The notes below the pieces were generated by a model. It made no database searches, was not told the DNA's origin, and saw only the letters and a list, made by a program, of their open reading frames with translations. The position numbers and the translations under genes were made by a program. Positions 60,794-61,895 of a stretch of DNA of 61,895 nt are shown piece after piece. Origin of the DNA: Candidatus Heimdallarchaeota archaeon (GTDB lineage Archaea; Asgardarchaeota; Heimdallarchaeia; Heimdallarchaeales; Heimdallarchaeaceae); contig DAOVET010000006.1 of assembly GCA_030668825.1 (NCBI GenBank), positions 1-61,895 of the forward strand. The letters are read 5' to 3'. Each line of letters opens with the position of its first letter. The stretch's first letter is position 1.

Positions 60794-60802
60794 TTAGAAT
60801 GC

Positions 60803-61111
60803 TTGGTTTTACAATTCAGTAAGTTTTTAAAGGAGTATCAAGGTACTGAATTGGTGGTTAAGTGGTCGTACAGAGGGATGAAGAAATGCTCTCCTACGAA
60901 AGGACTTCGTTTTATTAGCAATAGTTCATTTAGAGTAGAGTTTATTCCACAAACCATAAAAATTCAACTGTTTCTTCAATTATTAAGATTAAAGTTAACA
61001 GTATTTGCTAAATCTTCAAACAGCTTCCGCAACTTGTTTGGATTCCAAGTTCTGACAAATATGAATTTAAGTAAAAAAATCAAATCGAAAGGAGTGATTA
61101 ACAATGTCTAA
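60803..61111 (+). CDS. Dubious hypothetical ORF
   Basis: TTG start, no motif; overlaps metG start by 8 nt. Confidence 0.2.
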   Translation: MVLQFSKFLKEYQGTELVVKWSYRGMKKCSPTKGLRFISNSSFRVEFIPQTIKIQLFLQLLRLKLTVFAKSSNSFRNLFGFQVLTNMNLSKKIKSKGVINNV

Positions 61112-61895
61112 GGAAAAATGGGTTGTCACAGCAGCATGGCCCTATGTTAATACAATACCACATTTAGGGACAATGCTTCAATTACTTAGTGGAGATGTTA
61201 TTACTCGATATCACAAATTGAAAAAGCATGATGTTGTTTATGTTAGCGGATCTGATGCTCATGGGACTCCAATTGCTATCGCCGCAGAAAGCGAAGGATT
61301 AAGTCCAGGCGATCTTGCTTTAAAGTACCATAATGCAATATTGGATTTACTTGAAAAATGGAATATTAATTTTGATAGATATACAATTACTAGCAATGAA
61401 ACCCATGTGTCATTTGTGCAAGGATTCCATAAAAAAATTCATGAAAATGGTTTTTTCAATCTAAGAGAATCTGAACAATACTTCTGTGAAAAATGCAATA
61501 GATTCTTGCCTGATCGATTTGTTGAGGGAACATGTCCAAAATGTGGTGTCAAAGGAGCAAGAGGGGATCAATGTACAAATCATGAATGTGAGATTGTACT
61601 AAAACCAATAGATTTGATAGATCCATATTGTTCAACTTGTGGTTCTACACCAGTTCTCAAGAAAACCAAACATTGGTATTTTGATTTACCAAAATTTTCC
61701 TCTGAACTGAAAGAGTTTGCGGAGAAAAACCCAAATATACCTCCGTTTGCTAAACAAAAAGTTCTTAGTATGATTGATGAAGGTCTGAAGGAACGACCCA
61801 TATCAAGAGATATGTCTTGGGGAATATCAATTGGGCCAATTTTCGGTGAAGAATTTGCTAAAAAGGTTCTTTATGTTTGGTTTGAGAATGTTCTA
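61104..61895 (+). CDS. metG: Methionyl-tRNA synthetase, 5' part (runs off the window)
   Basis: ATG 61104 after GGAGTGA; TAAWPYVNTIPHLGT, SGSDAHGTPI, FLPDRFVEGTCPKC, ARGDQC, YVWFE. Confidence 0.95.
   Translation, partial: MSKEKWVVTAAWPYVNTIPHLGTMLQLLSGDVITRYHKLKKHDVVYVSGSDAHGTPIAIAAESEGLSPGDLALKYHNAILDLLEKWNINFDRYTITSNETHVSFVQGFHKKIHENGFFNLRESEQYFCEKCNRFLPDRFVEGTCPKCGVKGARGDQCTNHECEIVLKPIDLIDPYCSTCGSTPVLKKTKHWYFDLPKFSSELKEFAEKNPNIPPFAKQKVLSMIDEGLKERPISRDMSWGISIGPIFGEEFAKKVLYVWFENVL

Noticed and set aside
2403-61801. Many short antisense or out-of-frame ORFs in the track (e.g. 6724-7053, 15200-15496, 39081-39500, 52653-52994, 61580-61801)
   Set aside because: They lie within well-supported genes, have no motifs, and look like shadow ORFs
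1-61895. CRISPR array, transposase, integrase, rRNA, defence-system genes
   Set aside because: No spaced repeat array or recognisable motifs of these families were seen by eye

Overview
AT-rich, gene-dense archaeal chromosomal segment, most consistent with an Asgard archaeon (Heimdallarchaeia-like). The basis is eS26, aCPSF1, egsA, TrmI, an intron-containing tRNA-Arg(TCG), a ribophorin-I/OST1 homologue, a Yip1-like protein and a presenilin-type protease, together with bacterial-type MutS-MutL and MetK. Most of the window is housekeeping (translation/RNA modification, enolase, ThiL, M32 peptidase, MetRS). The most unusual part is ~48.1-60.8 kb, a surface-modification island: an archaeosortase/exosortase, three GT4s, a GT2, an ArnD-like deformylase and a GT-C-like membrane protein, with a fold-III PLP decarboxylase and a BpsA-like aminopropyltransferase at the heads of its two divergent gene runs. 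I propose it as a candidate undescribed cationic (amino-sugar/polyamine) surface-decoration system, with several CTERM-like surface proteins in the window as possible substrates. No CRISPR array, rRNA, transposase or integrase was seen. All functional calls come from motif recognition by eye, without database searches.
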